A stretch of 64,000 nucleotides of DNA from Thermoplasmatota archaeon (GCA_041659985.1 JBAZXE010000002.1:4714-68713), one strand, 5' to 3'; shown: positions 38,373 to 47,143, counted from the stretch's first letter. Translations and numbers: made by a program. Notes: generated by a model not told the origin, from the sequence alone.

Positions 38373-39407
38373 ATGCCCCTGCGTGTTCTGGTCGCCCTCT
38401 TGTTGGCCGCCGGGGCGTTGGCCGGATGCGCCACGACCAACTCCGGGGTCATGACGTCCCAAGAGGCCATCGCTGCTGCCCGACGGTTGGAACCGGAGGG
38501 CCGCCTCATGGGCGCCTTCGGCGTCGAGGGGCAACTGCCGGCTCGTGACGTGCCGCACCTTGACTTCCGCCACGACGGCCTCGACGACGGCATCTTGGGC
38601 GATGGCCGCCTCAGTTCCTGGGTCGTTGGGTTCGTGGTCGGCGAAACGTACGTGGAGCACCGCATCTATGCCGATGGCCGGGAGCCGGAATCCGCCGCCT
38701 ATGAGCTGTCGAGCGCGGCCATCGACCAGCAAGTCTTCATGGCAATCGGCCAGCCAATGGATTCCGACGAGGCGGCGCGAAGCGCGGCCCCAGTCCTCGG
38801 GCCTGCCCTGCCCGAGGCGCGCGGCTACCTCTACACCTACAGCCTCGTGGAATTGGCCACGCCGAGCGCCTTGGTCATGGACGGCGAACTCCTGGCCGAC
38901 GACGTCGGCCGCTTCGTGCACGCCAACGGGTGGGCCATCACGGCCATCGGCGCGGACGGTGACGGCAACGCAATCGCTGCGGTGGCCGACCTCGACACCG
39001 TCAACGGTACGTTGGCGGGTCCGCGCCAGTTCCGCCTCGTCCGGCAGACGCAAGCATTCTCGGGCCAAATGATCCTGTACGAGCCCGACGGGCCGGAAGC
39101 CCTGGCACCGCCGCCGCATGTGGTGACGTTCGACCTCCCGTCCGACGCGACGCGTATCCTGGGCAATCTCTCCGTCCGGCCGCACGACGCCTTGTACCCC
39201 TACGGCGGCACCGTTAGACTACGCATCCTCGGACCCGACGGCAACGCCGCGCTCGACCAGGATGATGCCCGCGACGTCCCCGTCGCACTCGAACAGGACC
39301 TCACGGCCGGTGCCTGGAGCATCGAGCTCAGCCGCTCCCAACCCAGCCCCGGCGGAAACATCTTCCTCACAGGATGGCTCACCACGACGCACGCCGTCCC
39401 CCTGTAA
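38373..39407 (+). CDS. lipoprotein, unknown function
   Basis: MPLRVLVALLLAAGALAGCATT (lipobox). Confidence 0.65.
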   Translation: MPLRVLVALLLAAGALAGCATTNSGVMTSQEAIAAARRLEPEGRLMGAFGVEGQLPARDVPHLDFRHDGLDDGILGDGRLSSWVVGFVVGETYVEHRIYADGREPESAAYELSSAAIDQQVFMAIGQPMDSDEAARSAAPVLGPALPEARGYLYTYSLVELATPSALVMDGELLADDVGRFVHANGWAITAIGADGDGNAIAAVADLDTVNGTLAGPRQFRLVRQTQAFSGQMILYEPDGPEALAPPPHVVTFDLPSDATRILGNLSVRPHDALYPYGGTVRLRILGPDGNAALDQDDARDVPVALEQDLTAGAWSIELSRSQPSPGGNIFLTGWLTTTHAVPL

Positions 39408-39504
39408 GTTCAAGACGCCCTACGGCCTTGCTGGCCCGTGGCCCAGGCCGCGATGTCATCACGGTAGCCCGTTCCCTCCGGGGGCGGGCTGCAAGTGCCC
39501 CTTT

Positions 39505-39588
39505 GCCGACGTCGCCTAGTCCGGTTGGGCAGCGGTCTTGAAAACCGCCGCGCGCGAGCGTTCCCAGGTTCAAATCCTGGCGTCGGCG
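39505..39588 (+). tRNA. tRNA-Ser (UGA), class II
   Basis: GCCGACG..GCC-TAGTCCGGTTG-GGC-A-GCGGT-CTTGAAA-ACCGC-(15-nt variable arm)-CCAGG-TTCAAAT-CCTGG-CGTCGGC-G. Confidence 0.88.
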
Positions 39589-39696
39589 TCAGGGGCTTCG
39601 CCCCCGACACCCCTGGGGCGGCCCCGCGCTGCTGCGCAGCCGCCCTGCCTCGGCGCGAGCTTCGCGCGCCGGCAAATGCCCGAGATCGGCAGATCT

Positions 39697-40632
39697 ATGG
39701 ATCCGCGGGCGGCTCAATCGTTGTTGGCAGTCCCCGATTTTCAGACCCTGATGCGACCCGTGCTCGAAGTACTAGCTGATGGCAAAGAGCGCAAGAGTGG
39801 CGAGGTTTCGACGATGGTTGGCGACCGTCTGAATCTCTCGGAAGAGGATCGGGCACTTCGCCTGAAAACCGGTCAGACTATCCTTCTAAATCGAGTTGCA
39901 TGGGCCATTTTGTACTTGGTCAAGGCAGGGGCCGTGGAGCGCCCCAGGTATGCACACGTTCGAATCCTGGAACGAGGCCGTAAGCTATTGTCGAGTCCCG
40001 AACCCGTTCGCACCAAGTCCTTGGACAAGTTCGTCGAGTTTACTGCCTGGCGTAGTTCGGAAGCCGGCCCGACGTCGGCCGATGCCGTTGCCCAAACGCT
40101 GGCCACCTCCTCTTCGTCGCCTCAAGAGGATATCGAGCGTGGAATCGCAAGTCTAGAAAAAGTGCTGCAAGAAGACCTCCTCAAGCATTTACTCGAGGCA
40201 GACCCGGCCTTCTTTGAGCAAGTGGTTGTCGACATTCTGGAGGCAATGGGATATGCTGGCACTCGAGGCAGCGCCCAAACCCTCGGACGCACCGGCGACG
40301 GCGGCGTAGACGGTGTCGTGCACCAAGATGCATTGCAGCTGGACTCCGTTTTCGTGCAGGCAAAGCGTTACACGGGATCTGTTGGCGCTCCGGAAGTAAA
40401 CAACTTCATCGGCGCATTGGACCGAAAGCGGGCTGTGAAGGGTGTGCTGATGACGACCGGCACATTTTCGCGGCAAGCGGTCGAAGCCGCGCGTGAATCT
40501 TCACGCAAGGTCGTGCTGGTTGACGGCACCAAGCTGGCTGAACTCATGGTACGCCATGGCGTAGGCGTAAGCACGACGGCCACGTACAAGGTGCAACGCG
40601 TGGACACCGACTACTTTGAACCTGATCAATAG
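39697..40632 (+). CDS. mrr: Mrr-family type IV restriction endonuclease
   Basis: Mrr_N-like PDFQTLMRPVLEVLADGKERKSGEV, and catalytic core GDGGVDGVVHQDALQLDSVFVQAKRY...VKGVLMTTGTFS. Start is ATG 39697 or 39676. Confidence 0.88.
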   Translation: MDPRAAQSLLAVPDFQTLMRPVLEVLADGKERKSGEVSTMVGDRLNLSEEDRALRLKTGQTILLNRVAWAILYLVKAGAVERPRYAHVRILERGRKLLSSPEPVRTKSLDKFVEFTAWRSSEAGPTSADAVAQTLATSSSSPQEDIERGIASLEKVLQEDLLKHLLEADPAFFEQVVVDILEAMGYAGTRGSAQTLGRTGDGGVDGVVHQDALQLDSVFVQAKRYTGSVGAPEVNNFIGALDRKRAVKGVLMTTGTFSRQAVEAARESSRKVVLVDGTKLAELMVRHGVGVSTTATYKVQRVDTDYFEPDQ

Positions 40633-40646
40633 CCGTGGAGGTCGGG

Positions 40647-40660
40647 TCTTTTTTGTTTGC
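40647..40660 (+). terminator. oligo-T tract after mrr
   Basis: GGTCGGGTCTTTTTTGTTTGC lies 10 nt after the stop. Confidence 0.5.
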
Positions 40661-40719
40661 TCGGATTCCTCGATTGCAGAGTTACGAATTCGCTGAATTC
40701 GTTGTCTTCGTTAAATTTT

Positions 40720-41370
40720 CTACTTCTCTTCCTTCCTCGCTCCCTGCCTCTGGCTCGGCGGCCCCGGCACGAAGTTCACCATCGCCACCTGTCCAAACCC
40801 GCCGGAACTCAACCACCCGACGGCGTTGACGCAGCCGTAGTCCTGTGCGAAGCTGAACATCTCCATGTACGGTCGCCCGAGAATTGCCGCCAGGACGCCG
40901 CGGTTCGTTCCTGCATGCGCTCCGACGACCATGGCGCGGCCCTTGTACTCCGCCACGATTTCCTCCAGCGTCGTCTTGACGCGCGCGGCGAAGTCGTTGG
41001 CGGTCTCGCCGCCGGGGGGCGCCGTGTTGGCGGGGTCGTGCTCCCATTGCTTGGCGTGGACGGAGTCCATGGCGAGGATCTCGTCCCAGCTCTTGCCCTC
41101 CCAGGCGCCAAAGTGCATCTCGGCGAGGCCGTTGCGGACGTCGAGCTTGAGGCCCTTGGCGCGGGCCAGGGGCGCAATCGTGTCGAGGGCGCGTTTGCGT
41201 GGGCTGGCCACGATGGCGTCGATGGGCGCCGGCTCCAGATAGGCACGAATGGCCTCCGCCTGGTGGCGACCGAGATCCGAAAGTCCAACGTCGGTGCTGC
41301 CGATGAAGGTGCCCACCCAGGGGGCTTCCACTTCGCCATGCCGGCAGAACCACAGGCGGGTCGCGTCCAC
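40720..41370 (-). CDS. histidine phosphatase family (phosphoglycerate mutase / ribazole phosphatase-like)
   Basis: Trimmed to GTG 41370: VDATRLWFCRHGEVE...LSDLGRHQAE...SPRKRALDT...VVGAHAGTNR. Confidence 0.82.
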   Translation of the reverse strand: MDATRLWFCRHGEVEAPWVGTFIGSTDVGLSDLGRHQAEAIRAYLEPAPIDAIVASPRKRALDTIAPLARAKGLKLDVRNGLAEMHFGAWEGKSWDEILAMDSVHAKQWEHDPANTAPPGGETANDFAARVKTTLEEIVAEYKGRAMVVGAHAGTNRGVLAAILGRPYMEMFSFAQDYGCVNAVGWLSSGGFGQVAMVNFVPGPPSQRQGARKEEK

Positions 41371-41460
41371 GCCGCCGCCAGGCCGTCGCCGCCTTGAGGA
41401 TTCGCCACTGCCCGGCACAGGCAGCCGGACCGTCTCTTTTATCGGCTGGAGCGGACTGTT

Positions 41461-41778
41461 TTGTCCGTGGCCCGCTCCCTCGTCTCCGGCCTCTTCCGGT
41501 ACGGGGAGTCCGAGTTGGACCCGGTCATCCATTCCGAGATCCTCTTGGAGTCAGCGCGCAGCGAGGCGCGCGTGGCCATCCTCATCATCGCCGTGGCGCT
41601 CGGCTTCGCGCTGTACTACCGGTTCCAGGGAACGACGGTGGCGGCGACCAGCCTCTTCGCGCTCATCACCGTCATCCCGCTCCTCTTCGACGCCCAGTTG
41701 CGCCGCGCGGCGGCCAAACGGGTGCGCGGCAAGGGCCCGCAGCTTCCGCCGCGCATGCGCCAGCAAATGCCGCGCTGA
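41461..41778 (+). CDS. small membrane protein, unknown function
   Basis: Two TM helices (VAILIIAVALGFALYY, LFALITVIPLLF). TTG/GTG start. Weak call. Confidence 0.35.
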   Translation: MSVARSLVSGLFRYGESELDPVIHSEILLESARSEARVAILIIAVALGFALYYRFQGTTVAATSLFALITVIPLLFDAQLRRAAAKRVRGKGPQLPPRMRQQMPR

Positions 41779-41784
41779 AGCGCA

Positions 41785-41903
41785 GATTTCACGGATTGCC
41801 CTCCGGGCACTCGCCGCTTTGGATTCCGCAGATTAGGGGAACTCCACAATCTGTGGAATCAGGTCCGCATGACGGCCCGGAGGGAGCGGGAATCTGTGGA
41901 ATC
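41785..41903. repeat. nested inverted repeats, GATTCCGCAGATT variant of the box family
   Basis: GATTTCACGGATT 41785, GCCCTCCGGGC 41798, GATTCCGCAGATT 41822 / AATCTGTGGAATC 41848, CCCGGAGGG 41876, AATCTGTGGAATC 41891. It lies between convergent gene ends. Confidence 0.7.
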
Positions 41904-41908
41904 CGCGC

Positions 41909-42349
41909 TCAGAACGGACCCGACGCCGCGCCCATCAAGGCCAAGCGGCGGCCGTTCTCGCGGCTGACGACGACGGTGAGGCCGGATTTCTGGCACTCCG
42001 ACTGCAGGGTCCGGTCGTTGGTCACGACGACGGCCTTGGCCTTGCGGGCGACCTCGAGCAAGCCGTCGTCGCCGGGGAGCTTGGTCTGCAGAATCTCGCA
42101 ACGCTCGGCGAACTTGAGGGCCATTTTGGCGTGGCGCGCCACGGCGCCCTTGCCCTTGAAGGCCAGCGTGCCGAGTTCGATGAGCACGGTGGACGGTACG
42201 AGCAGTTTGACGCTGCCGAAGAGGTGCGCCAGGTCTTCCTCGACGCGCGTCCCGTGCGCGAAGGGCAGGATGAGCGCGTTGGTGTCGAAGACGACGGGCG
42301 TGGGGGCGTCCGCGTTTGCCGGCTTCGCGTCGCCCGCCATCGTGCTCAC
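41909..42349 (-). CDS. PIN-domain protein (Fcf1/Utp24-like, COG1412 type)
   Basis: VVFDTNALILP...LVPSTVLIEL...VVTNDRTLQ. There is a 4-nt overlap with eif2g. Confidence 0.8.
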   Translation of the reverse strand: MSTMAGDAKPANADAPTPVVFDTNALILPFAHGTRVEEDLAHLFGSVKLLVPSTVLIELGTLAFKGKGAVARHAKMALKFAERCEILQTKLPGDDGLLEVARKAKAVVVTNDRTLQSECQKSGLTVVVSRENGRRLALMGAASGPF

Positions 42350-43650
42350 TTCAGGATGCCGTAGCCGATGAGGCGCCAGCGGCCACCGACGCGGCGGCTG
42401 ATGGCGATGCGCGACGCGCCTTCGCTGGCGATGGGCAGCTTGAGGGCAGCCTCGACGGTGTCGTTGGACGCCTTGAGCACGAGACCGACCGTGGTGGCGG
42501 TGCCGGCATTGAGCATGAGCGGCTCCTTGACCTTGATGGGCTCGACGGCCGCCTCGTCCTCGGCGCCGACGACGCGTTCCAGGAGGGTGACCTGCATGGT
42601 GATGCGGTCGAGGGTCTTGGGGAGCTTGCCCGGGTGGCCCAGCACGCGGCCGACGAGGTTGTCCGCCTTCGTGATGGAGGGGTCAAGCTCGGTGCCGATG
42701 GCGATGAGGCCGCCGGGGCCCGCCTTGTCGACCGCCTGGTCGCCGATGAAGAGGCTGGTGATCTTCGTCCTGAGCGGGACGTAGGTGGCCTTGTCCTCCT
42801 TCTCGACGCGCAGGCCGGGCATGATCTCGATCTCGTCGCCGACGCGCAGGCTGCCCTTGCTTAGGGAGCCGCCGAGGACGCCGCCGCGCAGCTTGTCCGG
42901 GCGGGTGCCGGGGCGGTTGATGTCGAAGGAGCGCGCGACCAAGAGGAGGGGGTCTGCCTTGGGGTCGTGCGTCGGCGTCGGGATGACGCGCTGGATGGCC
43001 TCGATGAGGGCCGAGATGTTGACGTCGTGGTGCGCCGAGATGGGGATGACCGGGGCCTTCTCGGCAACGGTGCCCTTGACGAACGCCTGGATTTCCTTGT
43101 AGTTCTCCATGGCGCGCTTCTCGTCCACGAGGTCAATCTTGTTTTGGACGATAACGATGTTCTTGGCGCCGGCAATCTGCAGCGCCATGAGGTGCTCGCG
43201 CGTCTGCGGCTGCGGGCACTTCTCGTTGGCGGCGACCAAGAGAAGGGCGCCGTCCATGAGGGCCGCGCCGGAGAGCATGGTGGCCATCAGGGTCTCGTGG
43301 CCGGGGGCGTCGACGAACGACACGCGGCGCAACTTGCTCGGCTCGCCAACGAGGCGGGCGTCGTCCTTCTTCGTCGTGAAGAGCGCCTTGCCGTCCTTGT
43401 CCTTGCCGGAGAAGAACGTCGTGTCGGCGTAGCCCAGCTTGATGCTGATGCCGCGCTTGATTTCCTCGGAGTGGACGTCGGTCCAGACGCCGGAGAGCGC
43501 CTTGGTCAAGGTCGTCTTGCCGTGGTCGACGTGGCCGATGAGGCCGATGTTGGCCTCGGGCTGCTCGAAGGCCTCGCCCTTGCCGGCGCCGGCGTCCGCC
43601 TTGGACTTGGGCGCCTGCACGGTCTCGGTCGTTGCCTTCTTTGCCGCCAC
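42346..43650 (-). CDS. eif2g: translation initiation factor aIF-2 gamma
   Basis: NIGLIGHVDHGKTTLTKALSG...FVDAPGHE...VQNKIDL. GTG start. Confidence 0.95.
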   Translation of the reverse strand: MAAKKATTETVQAPKSKADAGAGKGEAFEQPEANIGLIGHVDHGKTTLTKALSGVWTDVHSEEIKRGISIKLGYADTTFFSGKDKDGKALFTTKKDDARLVGEPSKLRRVSFVDAPGHETLMATMLSGAALMDGALLLVAANEKCPQPQTREHLMALQIAGAKNIVIVQNKIDLVDEKRAMENYKEIQAFVKGTVAEKAPVIPISAHHDVNISALIEAIQRVIPTPTHDPKADPLLLVARSFDINRPGTRPDKLRGGVLGGSLSKGSLRVGDEIEIMPGLRVEKEDKATYVPLRTKITSLFIGDQAVDKAGPGGLIAIGTELDPSITKADNLVGRVLGHPGKLPKTLDRITMQVTLLERVVGAEDEAAVEPIKVKEPLMLNAGTATTVGLVLKASNDTVEAALKLPIASEGASRIAISRRVGGRWRLIGYGILK

Positions 43651-43700
43651 GGTTTTCGGCAGGCCGGGCTTCGGTTAAAGGGTTCGCTGCCCTCCTGTAG

Positions 43701-43774
43701 GATTGGCCGGATGGCCAGGATTTGCCGGATGGAGTGGACCCAATCCGCCAAATCGGGCCAAATTCGGCAAATCA
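43701..43774. repeat. four-box GATT/AATC dyad element
   Basis: GATTGGCCGGATG 43701 and GATTTGCCGGATG 43719, then AATCCGCCAAATC 43742 and AATTCGGCAAATC 43761. The last box contains the stop (43772-74) of the 32-codon ORF. Confidence 0.8.
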
Positions 43775-43873
43775 GAGGGCCAGGATGAGTTGCGCAGCGG
43801 CGAGCACGCCGACCATCACGGCGATGGTCAGGGTCAGCTCGCCCCGCGACGGGGCGTCGGCAGAGCGGGGCAT
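43772..43873 (-). CDS. candidate 32-aa single-TM micro-protein
   Basis: Too short for the ORF track. ATG 43873: MPRSADAPSRGELTLTIAVMVGVLAAAQLILAL*. Nearly all codons end in G/C, like real genes here. Confidence 0.35.
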   Translation of the reverse strand: MPRSADAPSRGELTLTIAVMVGVLAAAQLILAL

Positions 43874-43934
43874 GAGCGATGCACGTCAGCCGTGAGTATA
43901 TGGGCGGTTTCGGGCAAGACTCGAACGGACCAGC

Positions 43935-44026
43935 GAATTCGCCGGATTGTTGATTCGATTTGCCGGATTGCCTTGCTGCCGCTAGGTCTTGTCAATCCGT
44001 CGAATCCCGGAAAATCCGGCGAATCC
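43935..44026. repeat. four-box GATT/AATC dyad element
   Basis: AATTCGCCGGATT 43936 and GATTTGCCGGATT 43957, then AATCCGTCGAATC 43994 and AATCCGGCGAATC 44013. It ends 9 nt from the rps6e stop. Confidence 0.8.
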
Positions 44027-44033
44027 GAGGGGC

Positions 44034-44438
44034 TTACTTCTTCTCAGCCGGGGCCAGGCTGGCGAAGTGCTCGCCGACGGGCTTGCTGCCGGCCTTGGCG
44101 ACCTTCAGGTTGACCTGGATAATCTCGGCCGAGACGCGGTTGCCGCGGACGGATTGGCGCTTGCGGCGACCGGGGGCGTTGATCGGGTGGTAGCCGACGC
44201 CCTCGGTGAGGAGCAGGCGGCGGCGGGTGGTGCCCTCGAAGTCGGCGCGCATCGGGAAACCGGCCTTGTCGGAGCCGCCCGTGATCTGCAGCTTGTAGCC
44301 GGGCAGGTTGGCGTTGATGCCGTCGACTTGGTCGCCGATCTTCTTGTTGAGGAAGTTCTGGGCGTGGTGGCCGGTCACTTCGAAGTTGAAGGACTTGCCA
44401 GTCGCGGGGTCGTTGATGACGAGCTTGAAGGTGGCCAT
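44034..44438 (-). CDS. rps6e: 30S ribosomal protein eS6
   Basis: Trimmed to MATFKLVINDPATGKSFNFEV...GYKLQITGGSDKAGFPMR. Confidence 0.92.
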   Translation of the reverse strand: MATFKLVINDPATGKSFNFEVTGHHAQNFLNKKIGDQVDGINANLPGYKLQITGGSDKAGFPMRADFEGTTRRRLLLTEGVGYHPINAPGRRKRQSVRGNRVSAEIIQVNLKVAKAGSKPVGEHFASLAPAEKK

Positions 44439-44554
44439 GGGGTCAACTCGCTCCAGGTATTCCGTAGGTTCGTGAGGGGCCTCGCGGATGCGAAACCCCT
44501 TCGAGCCCACAGTTCACCATAGGCGTCTGGAGCAATCCGTCCGACGAGGGGGTC

Positions 44555-45406
44555 CTATATGATGGTGACGGGCGCCGCAACAGGAGTGTCTTCCTCGACG
44601 GGGCCTAGCGCCTCTCCGGGCCAATGCACCCGTGCCGACGGCAGGTCGTACTGCGCATACTCGAACGTCGCAACACCTTGCGTCGTCCCCAACACTGCGG
44701 CGACCCAGGATTCCGGGCTGACGGTCCACGTGCCGACGCCAGTGGCTGCGGTGCGGTTGACGCGCTCGGAGTCCCAAAGGGCGAAGTCGCGGGCGCCGAC
44801 CGTGATGGTGCGAGCTTCGAAGCCATCGGCGGGTTGCGCATCGCCCGTGAGTCGCCCGGTCAGCGAGAAGGCGCCGACTTGGTCGAGGGCGAATGAACCG
44901 GTCCAGCCTTGCGCCGACGGGCCGACGAAGGAGCCTCCGTCGCGCACGGGAAGGTCCCACGGCTTGGCCAGCAAGCGCCAGGAATCGGAGGCGACGAGGA
45001 GGTCCCATCCGTATTCGTAGTGCGCCGAGAAGCGTTCCTCGCGCAGCGCGGCTGGCGGCAAGACCGGTGTGAAGAGGATGCCCGACTGGAGGGAACGCAG
45101 GACGTTCTCTTCACCGAAACCGTAGGCGCATTCCACGGCGCGGAAGCCGAGAGTCGCGGCGCCAGCGAGGGCCGGGGAGGATTCGGGCGGGCTGGGCTCG
45201 AAGCCGGAGGGAAGGTAGGGTTGCAGCGTGGCGGCCGTGACGGGGACCGACCAGGTGATTGATTCGCAGTCTTCCTGCCCCCAGTCAAGGACCCGCGCGG
45301 GTTGCGCCACGCCTTCCGTTGAAGGCAACGGAGACGGTTCCGGCGCCGTGGGCTGCGCGCAGCCAGCCAGCAAGGCCACGACCAGCAGCATCGCGGCGCG
45401 GCGCAT
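44555..45406 (-). CDS. lipoprotein of unknown function (paralog family member 2)
   Basis: Trimmed to MRRAAMLLVVALLAGCAQP. Motifs EDCESITWSV...YLPSGFEPSPP...GFRAVECAYG. Confidence 0.7.
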   Translation of the reverse strand: MRRAAMLLVVALLAGCAQPTAPEPSPLPSTEGVAQPARVLDWGQEDCESITWSVPVTAATLQPYLPSGFEPSPPESSPALAGAATLGFRAVECAYGFGEENVLRSLQSGILFTPVLPPAALREERFSAHYEYGWDLLVASDSWRLLAKPWDLPVRDGGSFVGPSAQGWTGSFALDQVGAFSLTGRLTGDAQPADGFEARTITVGARDFALWDSERVNRTAATGVGTWTVSPESWVAAVLGTTQGVATFEYAQYDLPSARVHWPGEALGPVEEDTPVAAPVTII

Positions 45407-45467
45407 GGCGTGGCCCAGCCGCGGGACCGACGTAAGCGAATTGCCGGAACCGGCCGGGTGCATGCCG

Positions 45468-46226
45468 TCATCGCCGTTGGCCAGGACTTGACGTTTGTGG
45501 CGGCGACGCGCGGGTCCGCGACTCCCCGAGGGCGCGCGGCCGGCCGGCGGTCTTGGTCGCCGCCGCGGCCACGCCCTGGTGGGCCTCGAGGATGCCGGCG
45601 AAGCGCTGCATGGCGTGCTGCTCGGCCTTGCGCAGGTGCTCCTCGAACGTTGAGCGGGCCAATCCGACCCGCGTGGCCAACTCGCGGGCCTCCACCTTGC
45701 GCGGGACGTCGTAGTATCCGGTGCGGACGGCCAGTTGCAAGGCTTCGAGTTGCCGGCGCGTCAGGCCGGCGGCCAAGTCCGCGACCGGGACCACGGCTCC
45801 GACGGAGTCGTTGGGCACATCGGAGGCCGCCTGCAACAGGGTCGTGCCGAAACGCCCGAGGCGGCGCACGAGGACGCGCAGCCGCGCCTCGGTGGGCGCG
45901 AGGATGGCGTACTGTTCCCAGCCGTCGCGGTAGACGGCGGGCCATAAGATGGTGCAACCCGCCGCCAGGATCGTCGGGATGACGCCAATTGGCGGGTTGC
46001 GCGTGCGTACGAGGGCGGAATTCGCTGTGCGGCCCATGACGTCGAACGGCGTGAGGCCGTCGGATTCGATGTGGCGCACCACGCGTTCGACTTCGGCGGG
46101 TTCGCCTTGCACGAGCACGAGGTCGCATTCCTCATCGGAGGAGACCTGCATGGCGACCGTTCCAGGGCGCAGGCTCGTCATGAGACAGCCGTCGTGCTGG
46201 ACCCGCAGGTCCGCCTTGACCACCAT
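45468..46226 (-). CDS. HTH_10 (Bat-like) transcriptional regulator
   Basis: Trimmed to ATG 46226. C-terminus LTRRQLEALQLAVRTGYYDVPRKVEARELATRVGLARSTFEEHLRKAE. Confidence 0.8.
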   Translation of the reverse strand: MVVKADLRVQHDGCLMTSLRPGTVAMQVSSDEECDLVLVQGEPAEVERVVRHIESDGLTPFDVMGRTANSALVRTRNPPIGVIPTILAAGCTILWPAVYRDGWEQYAILAPTEARLRVLVRRLGRFGTTLLQAASDVPNDSVGAVVPVADLAAGLTRRQLEALQLAVRTGYYDVPRKVEARELATRVGLARSTFEEHLRKAEQHAMQRFAGILEAHQGVAAAATKTAGRPRALGESRTRASPPQTSSPGQRR

Positions 46227-46291
46227 GGCCTGGCTACGCCCGTGCAGGCTTCTTGAGCGCTGTGTTGGACGGACTCGCAGCTGCGCGGCGG

Positions 46292-47143
46292 TCAGGCCGA
46301 GCGTGCCGCGCGGCGGCGACGCAGCATGGGGCGGAGGTACCAGATGGCCATGCCGCCAACGTAGAGCGCCCAGACGGCAAGGTCGAGGACGGCGGGCGTG
46401 GCGCGGTAGCCGAGGACGCCGTAGAGCAGGCCTCCGGCAACACAGTTGACCGTCACGTTGTCGCCGCACTTGTGCGGAAGGAAGCCGCTCCAGTCCCACG
46501 CCTGCGGTGTCTCGGGCACCCAACCGACCTCTTCGCCTTCGTGGGCCGCGTAGCCCAGCATGCCGCCCGCCACCAGGATAAGGAAGACGCCGGTGACGGC
46601 GAAGAATCCCTGGACGCTGAGCTTGACGGTGCCACGGAAGAGCAGGAAGGCCAGCACGGCACTGATGGCGATGCCAACGAGGAGACCCAGCAGGATCTCG
46701 GCGGGCGTCGCTTGGCCGGCCTGGGCGGCGATGAAGACCACGGTTTCAAGACCCTCGCGGACCACGATGACGAAGGCGAGACCGAGGAGGACGGAGGAAC
46801 GGCCGGCAAGGACGGCGTCCTTCGCCTTGGCGTGCAGGGTCCCCATCGCGTGCTGGGTGTGTTTGTACATCCAGACAATCATGTAGGTCAGAATGAGGAC
46901 GGCGAGGGCGCTGGCGGCGGCCTCGAAGGCGGCGCCGAAATCCTCGGAGAGTTGGTCGGCGAGGCGGTAGGTCAGCACGCCCACCGCGATTGACACGGCC
47001 ACACCGAGCAGGCCGCCGATGAGGATGGACCGGCGGGCTTCAGGGTGGCCGAGTTTGACGACGATGCCCGCGAGGATGCCGCAGACCAGCAGGGCCTCGA
47101 GGGATTCGCGCAGGGCGACAATAGCGATGCCAGCGAAGGACAT
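46292..47143 (-). CDS. FTR1/EfeU-family iron permease
   Basis: Trimmed to MSFAGIAIVALRESLEALLV (REXLE 1), with a second motif VVREGLETVVF. Confidence 0.88.
   Translation of the reverse strand: MSFAGIAIVALRESLEALLVCGILAGIVVKLGHPEARRSILIGGLLGVAVSIAVGVLTYRLADQLSEDFGAAFEAAASALAVLILTYMIVWMYKHTQHAMGTLHAKAKDAVLAGRSSVLLGLAFVIVVREGLETVVFIAAQAGQATPAEILLGLLVGIAISAVLAFLLFRGTVKLSVQGFFAVTGVFLILVAGGMLGYAAHEGEEVGWVPETPQAWDWSGFLPHKCGDNVTVNCVAGGLLYGVLGYRATPAVLDLAVWALYVGGMAIWYLRPMLRRRRAARSA

Noticed and set aside
43701-44026. Considered whether the repeated boxes are a CRISPR array or archaeal ORB replication-origin boxes.
   Set aside because: The units are only ~13 nt with ~20-nt periodicity and occur in both orientations. 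There are at most 4 per locus, they are scattered over at least 9 loci, and there is no cas or cdc6/orc1 gene nearby. They show no similarity to ORB (TTCCAGTGGAAA-type) motifs.
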